64,000 bases of DNA, taken from NCBI GenBank assembly GCA_900548385.1, contig URKJ01000001.1:72360-136359 (forward strand). Reading direction: 5' to 3'. Each line of letters starts with the position of its first letter. Position 1 is the first letter of the stretch. Both the position numbers and the translations under genes were made by a program. The notes beneath the pieces were generated by a model that was not told the DNA's origin, ran no database searches, and saw only the letters and a list, made by a program, of their open reading frames with translations. Of this stretch, positions 61,896 to 64,000 are shown one piece after another. Source of the DNA: an uncultured bacterium. GTDB lineage: Bacteria > Verrucomicrobiota > Lentisphaeria > Victivallales > UBA1829.

Positions 61896-64000
61896 CTAAG
61901 GAGTGCTCCGCGTCAGATGGTAAGCCATGACGCCGCCGGGAAAAAGGTCGGTCGCGATGCGGAAACGGAGTGTTCCGTTCCGGAAAGAGGTTTTGACGTC
62001 GCCGAGCTCCGCTCCGTTGCAGGAGAGTGCGCGCACCCGGAACGGATGTCCGCCGGTTTTCAGCGCGATTTCCGCACTGCCGCGCCGGACAAGACGGGGG
62101 AGGCTGCCCGCTTTTCGCATGATCCTCCGGGACGCGTCGTCGAACCGGGTTCCGCTGTTTTCTGTGTTGGTCAGCTGCAGAAGCAGAATCGAGGCACTGT
62201 CCGCAAGAGGTTTGTTGTCCAGCGAGATCGCGGCAACCGTCTGAAAACAGCTTGCATTTTGAACATGCAGGATTTTTCCGTTCAATGCTCCTCCGGGAAG
62301 TGTCAGCGATTCCGTTTTCGGGGAGACCGCGGCGAATGTGCCGTTTTCGGCGGAAAGGCGCAGTTCTCCGGTGTCGCTGACGATCGTTCCTGTCCGGCGG
62401 ATGGACGGCGAGGGTTCCGGATAATCCGGAACTGCTGTCCCGCGGACGTAACTGCCGATCTGGGAAACGAGTCCGGCCTCCTGAGATGCGGCGGAAAATT
62501 CCGCATTGCTTCCCGCCTCGTCCGGGGAAACGCCGAATGCGTATTGGTTCCGTGCCGGGGCGATGTCTCCGCGCAGGAACAGCGCAGCCGCGAGACGGTC
62601 GGAGAGCAGCGCCAACGGATCGTTGACGGCATCGAACGTGCGGATCCGGAACGGTGCTGTCATATAGGCGCGTTCGTGACTCCAGGCGAACCGGAACAGC
62701 CCGTCCCAGTTCTGAAGAGCGGCATACGAGTACATCAGCGGAACGCTTTCCGCGCGGAAGATGTTCGGATAGGTGAAGTTGTATTCGGTCACAATGAACG
62801 GTTTTCCCCAAAGACGCGTCGCCATCATCCGGCGGGGGACGATTGCATTAAGCCGGATGGAAGAGCCTTGCGAGTGACGGATCGGATATTGCCATGCTTT
62901 CTCCGGGAACTTCGGATGATCGAAATATTCGTGATTGTCCACGAGGTCCAAATGATTGCGCACCAGAGTCATGTTGCGCTTGTTGCGGTAATTGAGATCG
63001 GTCAGAAGCGGCTTGAGTTTCAGGTCTTCTTTCAGAAAACGCATTTGTTCGCGGATTGTCCGGAGTTGGAGATCGTTCAGAAAACGGCGGTAGTGGCAGT
63101 CCGGTGATTCGCCCGTCTTGGCGGGATTCTCCGTGCTCCAGACGTGATAACGGCGGCGGTAGAGCGGATTGTCAAACGTCAGTTCGTTTTCGTTTACGAG
63201 ATTGAGACAGAAGAGCGCCGGGTCTTGTCCCCATGCGATCCCTGTATACGGGTTGACATGCGTCATCCAGTTGCGGGCGAACTGTTTCCAGTTTTCCATT
63301 GCGCGGGGGCTGACGGCGATCAGTTTTTTCATGGTGTCGTTTTCCGGCGACAGTTCCGGGATGTTGTCGCCTTTGCGGAAACGCCGGTTCGTGTAAAGGT
63401 CGGTCGTCATGTAAATGCCGCTCTGCTTCAAGCGGTGGAACAGATAATCGAGTTTGTCCAGATTCTGTTTGTTCAGCTCTGTGGAGACCGGGGAAGCGGG
63501 ATCGGAAAGCAGAGTGTCATGATGGTGAAAGCGAACCGCATTGTAACCGCAGCGGACAAGTTCCGCGACAAGTTCGTCCGCCTCGTTCCGTTCGAGATAG
63601 TTCGAGGAGAAGCAGAGATTGACTCCGTGCAGACGCAGCCGTTTTTCCGGCGCCCGCTCAAAAGTCAGCGTACCGTCTTCCGCCGCCCGGACTGCACCGT
63701 ATTTTCCCGCCGGAGCGTCCTGCAGAAAGCTGAAATCAAGCGCGCTTCCCGGCAGAGTGGATCGGGGGCATTCGAGCCGGACCCAGTCTTTGCCCGCGCG
63801 GATTACATCGGGGCGACTCCGTTTGACCGGAAGCTGAACGGAGCGGTCCGCCAGGGAGACGGCAGCGATCATCCATGCCGCACTGTCGGAAGCCATGCGG
63901 AAAGAGAGCGTTTCGGGATCGCCGGATTCAAGCGGAAACGCCGAAATATACAATCCGACTTCTGCCGCCGAGTTTGCGGCGGACCAGAGCACACGCGCGT
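61896..64000 (-). CDS. Glycoside-hydrolase-like protein (clan GH-A/GH5-like TIM barrel), 5' end outside window
   Basis: RLHGVNLCFSSNYL...GYNAVRFHHHD and KPFIVTEYNF (candidate nucleophile Glu). The reading frame stays open to the window edge, so the N-terminus is missing. Confidence 0.72.
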   Translation of the reverse strand, partial: ARVLWSAANSAAEVGLYISAFPLESGDPETLSFRMASDSAAWMIAAVSLADRSVQLPVKRSRPDVIRAGKDWVRLECPRSTLPGSALDFSFLQDAPAGKYGAVRAAEDGTLTFERAPEKRLRLHGVNLCFSSNYLERNEADELVAELVRCGYNAVRFHHHDTLLSDPASPVSTELNKQNLDKLDYLFHRLKQSGIYMTTDLYTNRRFRKGDNIPELSPENDTMKKLIAVSPRAMENWKQFARNWMTHVNPYTGIAWGQDPALFCLNLVNENELTFDNPLYRRRYHVWSTENPAKTGESPDCHYRRFLNDLQLRTIREQMRFLKEDLKLKPLLTDLNYRNKRNMTLVRNHLDLVDNHEYFDHPKFPEKAWQYPIRHSQGSSIRLNAIVPRRMMATRLWGKPFIVTEYNFTYPNIFRAESVPLMYSYAALQNWDGLFRFAWSHERAYMTAPFRIRTFDAVNDPLALLSDRLAAALFLRGDIAPARNQYAFGVSPDEAGSNAEFSAASQEAGLVSQIGSYVRGTAVPDYPEPSPSIRRTGTIVSDTGELRLSAENGTFAAVSPKTESLTLPGGALNGKILHVQNASCFQTVAAISLDNKPLADSASILLLQLTNTENSGTRFDDASRRIMRKAGSLPRLVRRGSAEIALKTGGHPFRVRALSCNGAELGDVKTSFRNGTLRFRIATDLFPGGVMAYHLTRSTP

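Noticed and set aside
1-64000. CRISPR arrays, rRNA genes, retron/DGR reverse transcriptases, toxin-antitoxin pairs and known anti-phage defence genes.
   Set aside because: I scanned the intergenic regions and ORF translations. There are no regularly spaced direct repeats, no RT, Cas or nuclease signature motifs, and no small paired ORFs typical of TA modules.

Overview
High-GC bacterial chromosomal window with about 52 protein-coding genes. I saw no rRNA, tRNA, CRISPR array, transposase or integrase by eye. Three things suggest a PVC-superphylum organism (Lentisphaerota, Kiritimatiellota or Verrucomicrobiota-like): three prepilin-type H-X9-DG proteins with FT(L/I)(I/L)ELL N-termini, many very large signal-peptide proteins with CBM-like and CBM9-like modules, and a 2496-aa beta-helix/FN3-like/PPC-like giant protein. 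This taxonomic call is inference only.

The left and central part (1-44 kb) is mostly housekeeping: mnmG, cdd, dapF, dapA, aroF-type DAHP synthase, rbsK, rsmA, trxA and tilS. Several unusual units are interspersed:
- the giant surface-type protein, which has no signal peptide;
- a tight minus-strand operon of two Flp pilins, TadE-like, TadG-like, DUF2157 and GDYXXLXY genes with no Tad machinery nearby;
- a BcrAD/BadFG activase fused to a 2-hydroxyacyl-CoA-dehydratase-like domain;
- a Ppx/GppA-fold protein whose phosphate-binding motifs are degenerate.

The right part (29.6-35.4 kb and 44-64 kb) is a carbohydrate-utilisation region rich in regulators (AraC, LacI, IclR, GntR/LacI hybrid). One gene order recurs three times: regulator, then H-X9-DG pseudopilin-like gene, then secreted CAZyme-like giant(s). 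I consider this the best candidate for an undescribed system.

Two further signals stand out:
- Two small, apparently paralogous proteins with double-glycine (bacteriocin-type) leaders bracket the 44-61.6 kb region. They share a conserved upstream element that looks like an ECF-sigma promoter (TGTAAC-N16-CGTT).
- A ~68-nt intergenic element containing an inverted repeat and a TTGACA box occurs twice.

All function calls rest on motif recognition by eye. No database searches were run.
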